DNA of 64,000 nucleotides, from positions 16,273 to 80,272 of the forward strand of contig CACHTH010000003.1 in NCBI GenBank assembly GCA_902582695.1. The letters are read 5' to 3'. The notes beneath the pieces are model-generated. The model made no database searches, was not told where the DNA came from, and was given only the letters and a program-made list of their open reading frames with translations. Made by a program: the position numbers and the translations under genes. How positions within the stretch are numbered: position 1 is the stretch's first letter; every line of letters begins with the position of its first letter. Source of the DNA: an uncultured Candidatus Actinomarina sp. (GTDB lineage Bacteria; Actinomycetota; Acidimicrobiia; Actinomarinales; Actinomarinaceae). This document shows positions 10,176-20,685 of this stretch, one piece after another.

Positions 10176-11117
10176 ATGAAAATTGGTGCATTCATTCCTC
10201 AAGGTTGGCGAATGGATTTATATGGTATAGATGTAAACAATCAGTGGGACACCATATTGAATGTAGCTTCTAAAATAGAAAATTTAAATTATGAATCTAT
10301 ATGGGTCTATGATCATTTTCATACTGTACCTAAACCAACACAAGACCCAACGTATGAATGTTGGACTTTGATGTCAGCTTTATCACAAAAAACTTCAAAA
10401 GCAAGATTAGGGCAAATGTGTACTTGTAATTCATATAGGAATCCTGCTTACTTAACTAAAGTTGCTTCTAACATTGACGTAATGTCTGGTGGACGTCTTG
10501 AATATGCAATTGGTGCTGGTTGGTATGATCATGAGTACAAAGCCTATGGATATGACTATCCAACAGCAGGAATCAGATTAAAAATGCTAGAAGAGTCATT
10601 AATAATATATAAATTAATGACTACTGAAGAGGCTCCAATTTTTAGTGGGAAGTACTATCAAATAAATGGAGCAATTAATCAACCTAAACCATTACAAAAA
10701 CCATATCCACCACTCTGGGTATGTGGCGGTGGTGAAAAAGTTACACTTAAACTTTTAGCTAAATATGGAGATTATGGAAATTGGGATGTTGATGTTGAAG
10801 GCTTTAAACATAAATCAGAAATATTAAAAGAACATTGTCTAAATGAGGGTCGTGATTTTAATGCAATTGGTAGAACACTTCATACAAATGTTCTTATTGG
10901 TAAAGATAGTAAAGACTTGGATTCAAAAATAAACAAACTTGCGGAATATACTAATATTCCGAAAGAATACTATTACGATCGCCCATTAATTGGAACTAAA
11001 GAAGAAGTATTTTCTACTATTGAACGTTTTGAAGAAGAAGGATGTTCATATTTAATTGCTTATGTACCAGACATTGTTTGGGGAGACACGTTAGATATCT
11101 TATCTGAATTAAATTAG
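10176..11117 (+). CDS. LLM-class F420-dependent oxidoreductase
   Basis: SIWVYDHFH, YRNPAYL.K, D.MSGGRLE.AIGAGW, PKPLQKP.PPLWVCGGGEK. Confidence 0.9.
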   Translation: MKIGAFIPQGWRMDLYGIDVNNQWDTILNVASKIENLNYESIWVYDHFHTVPKPTQDPTYECWTLMSALSQKTSKARLGQMCTCNSYRNPAYLTKVASNIDVMSGGRLEYAIGAGWYDHEYKAYGYDYPTAGIRLKMLEESLIIYKLMTTEEAPIFSGKYYQINGAINQPKPLQKPYPPLWVCGGGEKVTLKLLAKYGDYGNWDVDVEGFKHKSEILKEHCLNEGRDFNAIGRTLHTNVLIGKDSKDLDSKINKLAEYTNIPKEYYYDRPLIGTKEEVFSTIERFEEEGCSYLIAYVPDIVWGDTLDILSELN

Positions 11118-11119
11118 TC

Positions 11120-11155
11120 CAAAAAAAACGGAAGCCCCCAAAAAGAGGGCTTCCC
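11120..11155 (-). terminator. Rho-independent terminator
   Basis: Minus strand GGAAGCCCTC-TTTTT-GGGGGCTTCC followed by a T-run. Confidence 0.8.
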
Positions 11156-11194
11156 AACAGGGCTGCGTATCACACTTAATTGAAACGCACTCTT
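11120..11194 (-). ncRNA. Candidate small RNA (hairpin plus terminator)
   Basis: GC-rich two-hairpin element with upstream TGgTATATT extended -10. Confidence 0.35.
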
Positions 11195-11225
11195 AATATA
11201 CCATTTTTAATACATAAAAGTAAAG

Positions 11226-12956
11226 TTAATTGCCAAAAGTAGGTGAAAATGTACTAGGAACCAACGATATCCAGGGTTTTCCAGCAGGAATATACATAGT
11301 ATTTCCATTAGAATCAACTATATGGAACGGATCTAGATTGGAACCTCGTTTCCATCTTACATCCATCATTTTTCCTCCGTGCAGAATTACAGCACGACCT
11401 TCGCCAACTGTTTTTACAGAAGGTAGTTGTAAAGGGTGTATATACGGTTCGCAAAAAAGAGCAATTACAGTTTTAAATGCAATTTCACCAGTTGATCCAT
11501 CTTCATTTTTCCAACTGTGAACATTACCAGAGCTAGAACCACTATATGCATCATAATACGTTCTTACATAGCTTGATCCATTCCAAGTCCAAGTAGTTGA
11601 AGTTTGACTTGAAAATTTAAGTTTTACACTTTTTCCGTTTGCCCAAGTTGAAATATTGGGATTACCCCATGGAAATAATGGTTGTGGATTTTCAGACTTT
11701 TTATAACCTTTCGATATTGCTAATGACTTTAGTTTATAAGTATCAGCATATAAATTATGTGGAGCTCTTCTAGATGATATTCTAAAATATTCTGGTCTTC
11801 TATCAGTAATAACAGGAACACCCATATCTAGTATTTCAGGTATTAAACCGCCAGTAGCACCACTGGCAACTAAAATTCCATCTAATGGTCTTAAAACTGT
11901 AGGATCAGTGGGTCTAGCAGATCTAATTGGTCCATGATAGGATGTATCTGATTCATAAAAAATATTTATAAACCTTGTCATTCCACCTTCAACAAGTACT
12001 TCGAATACTGCATCAGCATTTTGAGGACCCGACTGTGGCCTAGCCCTTACATTGTTATCATTTTTAATCCCTATAACAATTTTATTATTTGCACTACTTT
12101 CCATTTTTAAACCATTTACAGGTGAGTGAACTCCATCAGTAAAATTTTGTGTTTTAACTCTTCCAATAGTTACGAAAGTCTTTTCCTTTGTGAGTGACCA
12201 ACGATCTGCTAAATATGCATCTAGTTCATTTTGTGAGTTTACTTGTGCTGTTTTACCAAATCTATAAACAAATACTGGCTTGAAACAAGGATCTGGTACC
12301 CAAATACCATTAGCATCTACATAACCATTAACACATTGTTTGTTAGGATCGTAGTTGCGAAGATCTAATGCTGAATTTGATGAGCTTACTTCAGTTGTGT
12401 TAGCAGAAGCAGTTGTATTACTATTATCAACTTTAATATAACTTTCTTCTCCTTTTTCAAGTGCAGCTAATGTTAATGGTCCAACAACCCCATCGATATT
12501 TAATCCTGCTTTCTCTTGAAATTGTTTAATAGCTTGTTTGGTGCCCGGACCATTTATTCCATCAACTATTGATGTATATAAACCCAGATTTTTTAATTTT
12601 ACTTGAGCATCATATATCTCTTGTGAATAACTATTTTCAACATTAATTATCTCATTTTCTTCTTGATTATTTGCTACGATATTTTTTTTGTTTAGTAATA
12701 ATTGACATGTTTTCTGACCTAAGACTCCGTCAGGTGATAAATTATTTGCACCTTGAAATAAAACAAGCGCTTTTTTAGATCCAGAACCAAAATTTCCATC
12801 AATTTTACCGTCATAATAACCATAAGATTTTAAGACAATCTGCATCATAACGTCACTTTTAACGAGGTGATTGTCAAAATAGTCATTACAAGAATTAAAA
12901 TTATGCTGACTGGGTAGGGATAACGTTAGGAGAATAGAAAATATTAAATTTTGCAT
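11226..12956 (-). CDS. Peptidoglycan-binding domain + DUF3048 (YerB-like) protein
   Basis: Two PG_binding_1 repeats (IDG.FG..S..AL..FQ....L.PDG..G..T); DN...ARPQSG, VEGGMTRF, GPIRSAR, RRAPHNLY. Confidence 0.85.
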   Translation of the reverse strand: MQNLIFSILLTLSLPSQHNFNSCNDYFDNHLVKSDVMMQIVLKSYGYYDGKIDGNFGSGSKKALVLFQGANNLSPDGVLGQKTCQLLLNKKNIVANNQEENEIINVENSYSQEIYDAQVKLKNLGLYTSIVDGINGPGTKQAIKQFQEKAGLNIDGVVGPLTLAALEKGEESYIKVDNSNTTASANTTEVSSSNSALDLRNYDPNKQCVNGYVDANGIWVPDPCFKPVFVYRFGKTAQVNSQNELDAYLADRWSLTKEKTFVTIGRVKTQNFTDGVHSPVNGLKMESSANNKIVIGIKNDNNVRARPQSGPQNADAVFEVLVEGGMTRFINIFYESDTSYHGPIRSARPTDPTVLRPLDGILVASGATGGLIPEILDMGVPVITDRRPEYFRISSRRAPHNLYADTYKLKSLAISKGYKKSENPQPLFPWGNPNISTWANGKSVKLKFSSQTSTTWTWNGSSYVRTYYDAYSGSSSGNVHSWKNEDGSTGEIAFKTVIALFCEPYIHPLQLPSVKTVGEGRAVILHGGKMMDVRWKRGSNLDPFHIVDSNGNTMYIPAGKPWISLVPSTFSPTFGN

Positions 12957-12965
12957 TATACTATA

Positions 12966-14084
12966 TTAGTTATCTATAGAAATTTCACCTTCATTTGGTA
13001 AAATATGCACCCATTGGGAGCTTGGAGGAACAAATATCGGATTTTGATTTTCGTCAACAAGATCAAATGTTTCTGAAATATCTCCCCTTCTCCATGTGCC
13101 TTTAATAAAGTTTCCATTATTGAAAACATATGCATTGCCAACGCCTACTGTAAGAACACTAGGAAGAGTTGTTGCTTTGTCTTTATATAAAGGACCCTGA
13201 ATAATTACAATTGTCTCTGTTTTTAAAATATCTGTATAGTTCCCATCTTGAGTAATAAAATTATGAGCTGTAGCTTCTTTGTTATCTGAATAATCATCAA
13301 TAATAAATCTTGAATATTTATCTCCATCAAGTTTCCATATAACAGTAGTAAATTCAGAATACTTAACAGTAATTTTGTTTGCTCCTGTATTCCAATTCCT
13401 CTGATCTAAGCCAAAAGGGTATAGAGGATTTGGACCAGGTTGTAAGAAGAAAAAACCTCTATCATTAATTTTTTCGCGGACTAACTCTGTGTCAGCGTAT
13501 AAATTATGTGGAGCTTTTCTTTCAGAGATTCTAAACATAGCGGGAGCGCTTTGTTCTTCAAGTACTGGTACACCTAAATCTCTAATAGCAGGTATTAAAC
13601 CATCAGTAGCACCAGATACTACAAGAGTGCCGCCGTAAGGTCTGACAAGAGTAGGGTCTGTAGGTCTAGCTGATCTAATTGGTCCAAGATAGGTGGAAGT
13701 TTTATCCATAAAAAAAGCTAAGAAACGAGTCATACCACCTTCTACAAGAATTTCATGCACAGCATCTGCTTCTTGAAGACCTGATTGGGGTCGAGCATTT
13801 ATGTTGTTGTCAATTTTAAAGGCAATAACTCTTTTAGGTCGTAATAGCCATGTTTCTGGTGGTAATTCCTTGCCAGTAAATGGTGACATCTTTTCAACAT
13901 CAAAAGTGTAGGCAAAAACAGGATCAGTGGTAGATGTGGTTGTTGTGTCGTCTGATTTTTGAGAAGAAGATGTTGTAGTTGGAGTGTCATTAGAAACTGA
14001 TGTAACATTATCTTCAGCAATTTCATCACCCGAAGAACATGAAACTAAAACTAATAAAAGGAAAGTTACTAAAAACTTTTTCAT
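12966..14084 (-). CDS. DUF3048 (YerB-like) lipoprotein
   Basis: Lipobox LVSC, S/T linker, KIDN..ARPQSGL, GPIRSAR, KAPHNLY. Confidence 0.88.
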   Translation of the reverse strand: MKKFLVTFLLLVLVSCSSGDEIAEDNVTSVSNDTPTTTSSSQKSDDTTTTSTTDPVFAYTFDVEKMSPFTGKELPPETWLLRPKRVIAFKIDNNINARPQSGLQEADAVHEILVEGGMTRFLAFFMDKTSTYLGPIRSARPTDPTLVRPYGGTLVVSGATDGLIPAIRDLGVPVLEEQSAPAMFRISERKAPHNLYADTELVREKINDRGFFFLQPGPNPLYPFGLDQRNWNTGANKITVKYSEFTTVIWKLDGDKYSRFIIDDYSDNKEATAHNFITQDGNYTDILKTETIVIIQGPLYKDKATTLPSVLTVGVGNAYVFNNGNFIKGTWRRGDISETFDLVDENQNPIFVPPSSQWVHILPNEGEISIDN

Positions 14085-14088
14085 ATCT

Positions 14089-15738
14089 CTATATTACTGT
14101 AGAAATAATTAATTTAATTAAATTTAGTTTTGAATTTGTTGCTTGATAATAGGTTAGATTCTTAAATATTCTGTGAGCCTTTTTATTCGTAACAAACCAA
14201 GGAGGATCAATTATTGGGGATAATCTAAATTTAGAATAAACCACTCCTTTTTGAGGGGATTCAAAAAGTAATGAATTATGAACATATCCTTGACCACTCT
14301 GAATATCATTGTCTTTGTTGCCCGGATACCCACCCCAAGGCATTGTAGGTATTACAAAACCAAGTGCTGACCATTCATTGATTGCAACAGTACCATATTT
14401 AAGTTCATCAACATATTTTTCTAGTATTTCTTGGTTTGTTTTCTTTTTATGATTTTTTATTAAAACTGTGACACCTAAGTTACCCCATAATTCATTATTA
14501 ACATATTCGATAGACTTTAAGGCAAAATCTTCATAACTTGTGAATGGTAATTCTTTAAAATATAATGCTGTAGACCAAACTTCTTTGTTAGCATATTCTT
14601 TTTCTAGTTCTAAATCACTTACTAAAAATGGTGTATTGCAGGAAAGTTCATTAATTTGGTCATAATTATCTGTTTCAATTAATTCATTCAGATTTTCAGA
14701 TGCACCAGGATAATATGAAGTTGTATCACCTACTTTTTTAAGGTAAAAAATAATTTCATCTTTTAGTTTTTGAGTATGCTTCCAGTCTTTAGGTAAAACA
14801 ATAACTTGAGCAGCTATACAGTTAAAACCTGAATTATTTAGTTTTGCAGTTACAATTTTTTTTGCTTGATGTTTGAGTTCAGAACGTGACCAATTACCAG
14901 GATGTACAATAATAGGAGTTACATTACCTAGCTCTGAACTGATAGGTTTTTTGTTTATTTTAGGTAATGTTTTTAAGGAACGTTCTTTATCATTAAGTAT
15001 CCTACCATAGACAATATTTTCATATGTATAATTTGAGCCAGTTAAATGTGTTTGATGAAATCCATCATGTCGGGTTAAATATTTTGATGCTTCCATATCG
15101 CCTTCTGTGACGACCATATATCCTCTTGATATAAATGGTTCAAATACTTGTGTAAAGATTGGTAATAAATAATCATTAACAGGGTTGAGCTTTAAGTAAA
15201 TAACAGATTTGTATGCAATCATATGAAATAAAGCATCAAGAACTGGAATTGAGGAAACGTTGCCTGCTCCTAAGACAAGAGTTATTCTTGGTTTATTATT
15301 TTTAAATCTATTAGCAAAACCTCTATATTCATTTATCTGATCAAAATTTAAATTTTTTCCAAACCTAACTTCACCTTCTAAGAAAGGAAAAAGAACCTTT
15401 TCAATATTTTTTGTTGGAAATGCTTTATAACTCTTTTTTGAATCATCATATTTTGATTTATCCAGACCATCTTCATTCATAAGCGTGTCTTTAAAATATT
15501 GTATGGCGTAGATACAAGCAAATGGGCCGCCTATCCACTCTTCACCTTCTTTTGATTTATTTAAAATTCCTTTTTTTTCAGACGCAAGCGTAGCCCAGTA
15601 ATATGATATTGTTTTTATATTATCAATTGTTTGATCGAGCATAGTGACAAGGTTTGCTTTATCAAGATTTAAAAATTCAGAAGAGTTGACTCTTAATTTG
15701 CTTATGTTTCTGTCTATATCAATCTTCGATGGATTCAT
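14089..15738 (-). CDS. Aldehyde dehydrogenase family protein
   Basis: VLGAGN, HLTGS, SELGNVTP, NSGFNCIAAQ catalytic Cys, YGTVAIN. Confidence 0.85.
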   Translation of the reverse strand: MNPSKIDIDRNISKLRVNSSEFLNLDKANLVTMLDQTIDNIKTISYYWATLASEKKGILNKSKEGEEWIGGPFACIYAIQYFKDTLMNEDGLDKSKYDDSKKSYKAFPTKNIEKVLFPFLEGEVRFGKNLNFDQINEYRGFANRFKNNKPRITLVLGAGNVSSIPVLDALFHMIAYKSVIYLKLNPVNDYLLPIFTQVFEPFISRGYMVVTEGDMEASKYLTRHDGFHQTHLTGSNYTYENIVYGRILNDKERSLKTLPKINKKPISSELGNVTPIIVHPGNWSRSELKHQAKKIVTAKLNNSGFNCIAAQVIVLPKDWKHTQKLKDEIIFYLKKVGDTTSYYPGASENLNELIETDNYDQINELSCNTPFLVSDLELEKEYANKEVWSTALYFKELPFTSYEDFALKSIEYVNNELWGNLGVTVLIKNHKKKTNQEILEKYVDELKYGTVAINEWSALGFVIPTMPWGGYPGNKDNDIQSGQGYVHNSLLFESPQKGVVYSKFRLSPIIDPPWFVTNKKAHRIFKNLTYYQATNSKLNLIKLIISTVI

Positions 15739-15747
15739 ATATACATA

Positions 15748-17253
15748 TTATTCAGTTAATTCAAGAAGTTCAAAATCTCCCCAATTAACTGTTAAATGCT
15801 TTGCAGGAATAAGCTCATTTGGCCTTCCAACAGGTAAATTTTTAGGATATTCCTCTAGTGAAACATCCTCACCTTGTAGTTCATCAATAATCGCTTTAAG
15901 TGTTTCTGCTAAATCATCAAGAGTATCTACAGTTTGAGTTTCTGTAGGTTCAAACATAAGAGCCTCTTCGATGATAAGTGGAAAATATATAGTTGGTGAA
16001 TGAAAACCTTTATCTAGTAAAGCTTTTCCAACATCGTAAGCTTTAATTTTATGAGATTTTTTAAGATCCTTAACTGTTGCTACAAATTCATGCATGCATG
16101 GTTCGTTGTAAGCAAGAGGTATAACTTTAGATATGACAGAACTTAAATATCTTGCATTTAGAACAGCATATGAACCGAGTGTATCTAAACCTTCCTTACC
16201 TAATAATTTCATATATACAAGTGCTCGCAAAGCTACTAAGAAATTACCGTGATATCCATGCATACGACCAATGGATAGTTTCGGCATATACCACTCATAA
16301 TTATTTTCATTTTTCTCAACAATTGGACCTGGTAAATATTCTTTCAAGAAAGCTTTTACAGCAACCGGACCTGAACCTGGACCGCCACCGCCATGAGGTG
16401 TTGCGAAAGTTTTATGAAGATTTGAATGTACGATATCAAAGCCCATATCCCCCGGTCTACATACTCCAACGATTGCATTTAAGTTTGCTCCGTCATAATA
16501 AACTAATCCGCCATTCTCGTGAATAATATTTGATATCTCCATAATGTTTTCTTCAAATAAACCACCTGTATTTGGATTTGTTAACATTAATCCAGCAGTA
16601 TTTTCATTTACTAATTCTTTAAGGTCATCAATGTTCACCATACCTCTAACATCTGTTGAGACTTCTACCACATTAAAACCTGCCATCTTTGCAGAAGCCG
16701 GATTAGTACCATGGGCTGAATCTGGAACGATAATATCTGTTTTGTTAGATAAATTATTTTCTTCTAAATATTTTTTAATTATTAATAATCCTGTTAACTC
16801 TCCAGATGCACCTGCTGGAGGTTGGAACGTAGCATTATCCATTCCAGTGATTTCAATTAAAAATTTCTCTAATTCATGGAGTACTTCTAAGTTACCTTGT
16901 GTGAATGCAGAAGGTGTTGATGGATGAGAATTAGCAAAGGTATTTAACCCAGCTACATAATCAGCAAATCTAGGATTGTACTTCATGGTGCAAGAACCAA
17001 GTGGATAAAATCCTACATCAACAGCAAAATTTCTATGAGCAAGTCTTGAGTAGTGCATTACTAAATCATGCTCTGAAACTTCGGGAAGACTTGGTTTGTC
17101 ATTTCTAATTGCTGAATTATTTATTTCAGTTACTGGAACATCCAATTTAGGAAATCTCGAAGCTCTTCTACCAGGTTTGGACAACTGATTAATTGTAGGT
17201 TCAGGAGCACCGCCTACTAAAGGTAATGAACTAGCGTTACCACCACTATGCAT
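15748..17253 (-). CDS. gcvPB: Glycine dehydrogenase (decarboxylating) subunit 2
   Basis: PLGSCTMKYNP, SAHGTNPASA, NLHKTFATPHGGGGPG. Confidence 0.97.
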   Translation of the reverse strand: MHSGGNASSLPLVGGAPEPTINQLSKPGRRASRFPKLDVPVTEINNSAIRNDKPSLPEVSEHDLVMHYSRLAHRNFAVDVGFYPLGSCTMKYNPRFADYVAGLNTFANSHPSTPSAFTQGNLEVLHELEKFLIEITGMDNATFQPPAGASGELTGLLIIKKYLEENNLSNKTDIIVPDSAHGTNPASAKMAGFNVVEVSTDVRGMVNIDDLKELVNENTAGLMLTNPNTGGLFEENIMEISNIIHENGGLVYYDGANLNAIVGVCRPGDMGFDIVHSNLHKTFATPHGGGGPGSGPVAVKAFLKEYLPGPIVEKNENNYEWYMPKLSIGRMHGYHGNFLVALRALVYMKLLGKEGLDTLGSYAVLNARYLSSVISKVIPLAYNEPCMHEFVATVKDLKKSHKIKAYDVGKALLDKGFHSPTIYFPLIIEEALMFEPTETQTVDTLDDLAETLKAIIDELQGEDVSLEEYPKNLPVGRPNELIPAKHLTVNWGDFELLELTE

Positions 17254-18553
17254 TATCTACCTCCATTAAAGACGCTACGTAATTATCTATTTGAGCCTTG
17301 GTTCTCTTTTCGGTTACTGCAACTAAAATTTGATTATCATCATATTTAATACCAGCTAAAAATCCTTTAAATCCCATTTCAAGTATTACCTCTTCCGCAG
17401 ATTTTTTAGTTTCAACTAAAAATTCTCTTAAAGAGGAAGTGTGGTTTAAAACATTGAAATTGTTATCGGTTAATAATTGTTTCATATATGAAGCTTTTTG
17501 AATAGCTTGATATCCTATTTCATAAAGACCTTCGGGTCCTAACCATGATAGGTGTATTGTTGAACCAACAGCATTTAGTGTTTGATTTGTGCAAATATTA
17601 GATGAGGCTTTTTCACGTCTAATGTCCTGTTCACGAGCTCTTAATGTCATAACATAAGTTTTGGTATTATTCGAATCTCTAGATTCACCAATTATTCTTC
17701 CTGGAACAAGTCTTGCTAATTCTTTTCTAGTTGCGAACCAACCAACCGTTGGGCCACCAAATGATAATGGTGATCCCATTGACTGCCCTTCAGCTACAAC
17801 AATATCAAAACCCATTGATCCAGGGGATTTTAAAATACCAAGCATAGATGGGTCCGCATAACATATTGTTATTACACCTGCTGCTTTTGCGTTATGAACT
17901 ATTGATGTTAAATCCTGTGCAGAACCTTCATAGTGAGGCAATGAAACAACAAATGCTGCATCATCTTGTGAAAAAACATAATCTACTGGAAATAAATAAT
18001 CAACTAGATCTACGTAATTAACGTTAAATTTATTTCTATCTACAAGAGTGTTAACAACTTCTTTGGTGTTGGGATTAAAACCACTGGAGATAATAATATT
18101 GTCTTTTTTCGTTTTATTGATAGCTACTGATATTGCTTCTGCAACAGATGTTGCGCCATCGTAAAGGGATGCGTTTGCAAGTTCCATGTCTGTTAAATCA
18201 CAGATAAGTGATTGATATTCGAATAGTACCTGAAGTATTCCTTGTGAGATCTCAGCTTGATAGGGTGTATAAGATGTCATAAATTCCGGTCGCATTGTTA
18301 ACGATTTAACTGTTTGTGGTAGATAAACGTCGTAATGTCCTCCGCCAGCAAAACAAATTAGATTCTGTGTATTTTTGGATTCTAAATTTTCAAAATCACT
18401 TATAGATTCAAGCTCAGAAAGTGATGGCGGAACATTTAAACCATCATTTAGTTTTAATGTTTCAGGAATATGAGTAAATAAATCATCTAAAGAACTTATA
18501 GAAAGTTCTTCAAACATTTTCTTTAAATCAATTTCAGAATGTGGTACAAACAT
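17246..18553 (-). CDS. gcvPA: Glycine dehydrogenase (decarboxylating) subunit 1
   Basis: YTPYQAEISQG, NASLYDG, REQDIRREKASSNICTNQ. Confidence 0.97.
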   Translation of the reverse strand: MFVPHSEIDLKKMFEELSISSLDDLFTHIPETLKLNDGLNVPPSLSELESISDFENLESKNTQNLICFAGGGHYDVYLPQTVKSLTMRPEFMTSYTPYQAEISQGILQVLFEYQSLICDLTDMELANASLYDGATSVAEAISVAINKTKKDNIIISSGFNPNTKEVVNTLVDRNKFNVNYVDLVDYLFPVDYVFSQDDAAFVVSLPHYEGSAQDLTSIVHNAKAAGVITICYADPSMLGILKSPGSMGFDIVVAEGQSMGSPLSFGGPTVGWFATRKELARLVPGRIIGESRDSNNTKTYVMTLRAREQDIRREKASSNICTNQTLNAVGSTIHLSWLGPEGLYEIGYQAIQKASYMKQLLTDNNFNVLNHTSSLREFLVETKKSAEEVILEMGFKGFLAGIKYDDNQILVAVTEKRTKAQIDNYVASLMEVDNA

Positions 18554-19575
18554 TAACTTAAAAACCTCTTATATAACAAATTTCCCTCTATTAAATTACC
18601 ACGAATATCAAACTCTACTAAATCGTCAGCAGGATTACTTTTGAATAATACAAAGCCAATTGGGTAGCCTAATATAGGCGAAATATTGCCAGAAGTTACA
18701 ATACCTTCTACCCCATCAGATGTACAAATTGTTCCAGTACGAGCTATCTGTTTTGCATTCAATTTGAATCTTTTTAGGTGCTTGTGTTCTTTGGATTCAA
18801 TTTGGTGATCGATTACATCTTTTCCTAAATAATCTTCTTTATTGGTAACAGTCCACTTAAGTCCAGCTTCAACTGGTGAAATGTCATCAGTTAATTCAAA
18901 CCCGTATAAAGGTAAAGACGCTTCTAGTCTTAATGTATCTCTTGAGCCTAAACCACAAGGTTTAACACCCTTATCCTCCAATTCAGATATAAAACTGAGT
19001 GTATCCTTAGTATCAAGCATTACCTCAAGGCCATCCTCACCTGTATAACCTGTTCTAGCATAAACATATTTTCCTTCTTTTGAAGTTGAAAATTTATCAG
19101 GAACAGACATAATATTGCTAACAATATCTATCGCATTCTTACCCTGAACAGCTATTAAATCTGTAGATGTCGTGAGATCTTCATAGTTAATTGAATGAAT
19201 ATCTAAATGTGTCTTTATTTTGTTAGTATTGCTTGCATTGCAAATAAGTATTAAATCATCTTCAAATTTCCAAAATATAACATCATCTATGGCAGTTCCT
19301 TCTTCAGAAGTAAAAATAGAATACAGTGCTTTTGTATTACTTATGTTTTTAAGATCAGAACAAATTAAAAAATTAATTTCTTCAATTTGGGAGTAATTTA
19401 ATCGAAGTCTTCCCATATGAGATACATCAAAATATCCTGCCGACTCCCTTACGTAATGGTGTTCTTTTAATGTACCATCATAAGAGAATGGCATAGACCA
19501 ACCAGCAAAATCTATTACCTTTGCATTTTTACTTAAATGAAAATCGTAAAGAGAAGTGGTTTTACTTTCTGACAT
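18553..19575 (-). CDS. gcvT: Glycine cleavage aminomethyltransferase T
   Basis: FAGWSMP, FDVSHMG, RTGYTGEDG, GLGSRDTLRLEA. Confidence 0.96.
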   Translation of the reverse strand: MSESKTTSLYDFHLSKNAKVIDFAGWSMPFSYDGTLKEHHYVRESAGYFDVSHMGRLRLNYSQIEEINFLICSDLKNISNTKALYSIFTSEEGTAIDDVIFWKFEDDLILICNASNTNKIKTHLDIHSINYEDLTTSTDLIAVQGKNAIDIVSNIMSVPDKFSTSKEGKYVYARTGYTGEDGLEVMLDTKDTLSFISELEDKGVKPCGLGSRDTLRLEASLPLYGFELTDDISPVEAGLKWTVTNKEDYLGKDVIDHQIESKEHKHLKRFKLNAKQIARTGTICTSDGVEGIVTSGNISPILGYPIGFVLFKSNPADDLVEFDIRGNLIEGNLLYKRFLS

Positions 19576-19937
19576 TAAGAAATAAATGATTCATATTGCT
19601 GGTACGACATACCAGAATCATCCATTTCTTTTATTTCAGCTTTAACCATCCAGCCTTCACCTACTGGATCGTTATTGATTAGTTCTGGTTCAGTTTCTAA
19701 AGTAGAATTTACTTCAGTTATAACACAATTCATGGGTGCATATGCTTCTGCAACAGTTTTAGTTGCTTCGACTTCTACGATTGCATCACCTTTACTAAAT
19801 TCTTGACCTACCTCAGGTAATGTAACAAAGACTATATCTCCCAGCTCACCCTGTGCGTAGTCAGAAATTCCAACAGTTACATTGTCGCCATCAACTATGT
19901 ACCATTCATGTGTTTCAAGGTATTTTGTTTCTGACAT
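19575..19937 (-). CDS. gcvH: Glycine cleavage system H protein
   Basis: THEW, GISDYAQGELGDIVFV, VEATK lipoyl Lys, PELIN.DP..EGW. Confidence 0.96.
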   Translation of the reverse strand: MSETKYLETHEWYIVDGDNVTVGISDYAQGELGDIVFVTLPEVGQEFSKGDAIVEVEATKTVAEAYAPMNCVITEVNSTLETEPELINNDPVGEGWMVKAEIKEMDDSGMSYQQYESFIS

Positions 19938-19951
19938 TGCTCCCCCTTTAA

Positions 19952-20662
19952 TTATCTTGGTTTTACAGTAGATAGACCGCCATCAACATGTATGGTCTGA
20001 CCTGTGACCCATTTAGCATCTGGGCTCAATAACCACTTTATAACAGGAAGTATATCATCTGCATCTCCAATTTTCGAAATAGGATGCATGTTTTTAGAAA
20101 CTTCCCTTGCAGCTTCAGATGAAAGAATTTTTTCTGACATGTTCGAATCCATAATACTTGGAGCAATAACATTTACTCTTAAATTATCTTTTGCATAAGT
20201 AGCTGCAGCTGACCTAGCAAATCCTTCTATACCTGATTTTGCAGCTGCAATTGCCTCATGATTAGATAGACCTTTAGAGCCTGCTACAGATGAGAAAAAT
20301 ATGGCTGAGCCATTTTTCATCCTTCTAGCAAAGCTTGCTAACAAATAATATGAAGAAAATAAATTTGTTGTTATGACATCATTAAATTCATCAATAGTAG
20401 TTCCATGTAATGGTTTTATTAATATTGATCCAATACAATTAACCAATCCTTTTATTTCAATATCTGTATCTATGATTTTTGCAAACTCTCTGGGTTCTAC
20501 AGTATTGTTTAGGTCTATTACTTGATAATCTGCGTTTATTGCAGAAGCTTGTGCCTTTAATTTGGTTTCATCTCTACCAATAAGAAGTAACTCATTATCT
20601 TTAGATAAGGCATCAACAATAGCTGTTCCCAGTGTTCCAGTAGATCCTGCAATTATGTACAT
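19952..20662 (-). CDS. SDR family oxidoreductase
   Basis: GSTGTLG, HEAIAAAK, WVTGQTIHVDGG. Confidence 0.9.
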   Translation of the reverse strand: MYIIAGSTGTLGTAIVDALSKDNELLLIGRDETKLKAQASAINADYQVIDLNNTVEPREFAKIIDTDIEIKGLVNCIGSILIKPLHGTTIDEFNDVITTNLFSSYYLLASFARRMKNGSAIFFSSVAGSKGLSNHEAIAAAKSGIEGFARSAAATYAKDNLRVNVIAPSIMDSNMSEKILSSEAAREVSKNMHPISKIGDADDILPVIKWLLSPDAKWVTGQTIHVDGGLSTVKPR

Positions 20663-20685
20663 AGCTATATATTAAGTTTTTACGT

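Noticed and set aside
19938-19951. Glycine riboswitch before the gcv operon
   Set aside because: Only 14 bp separate gcvH from the upstream SDR; just an SD is present
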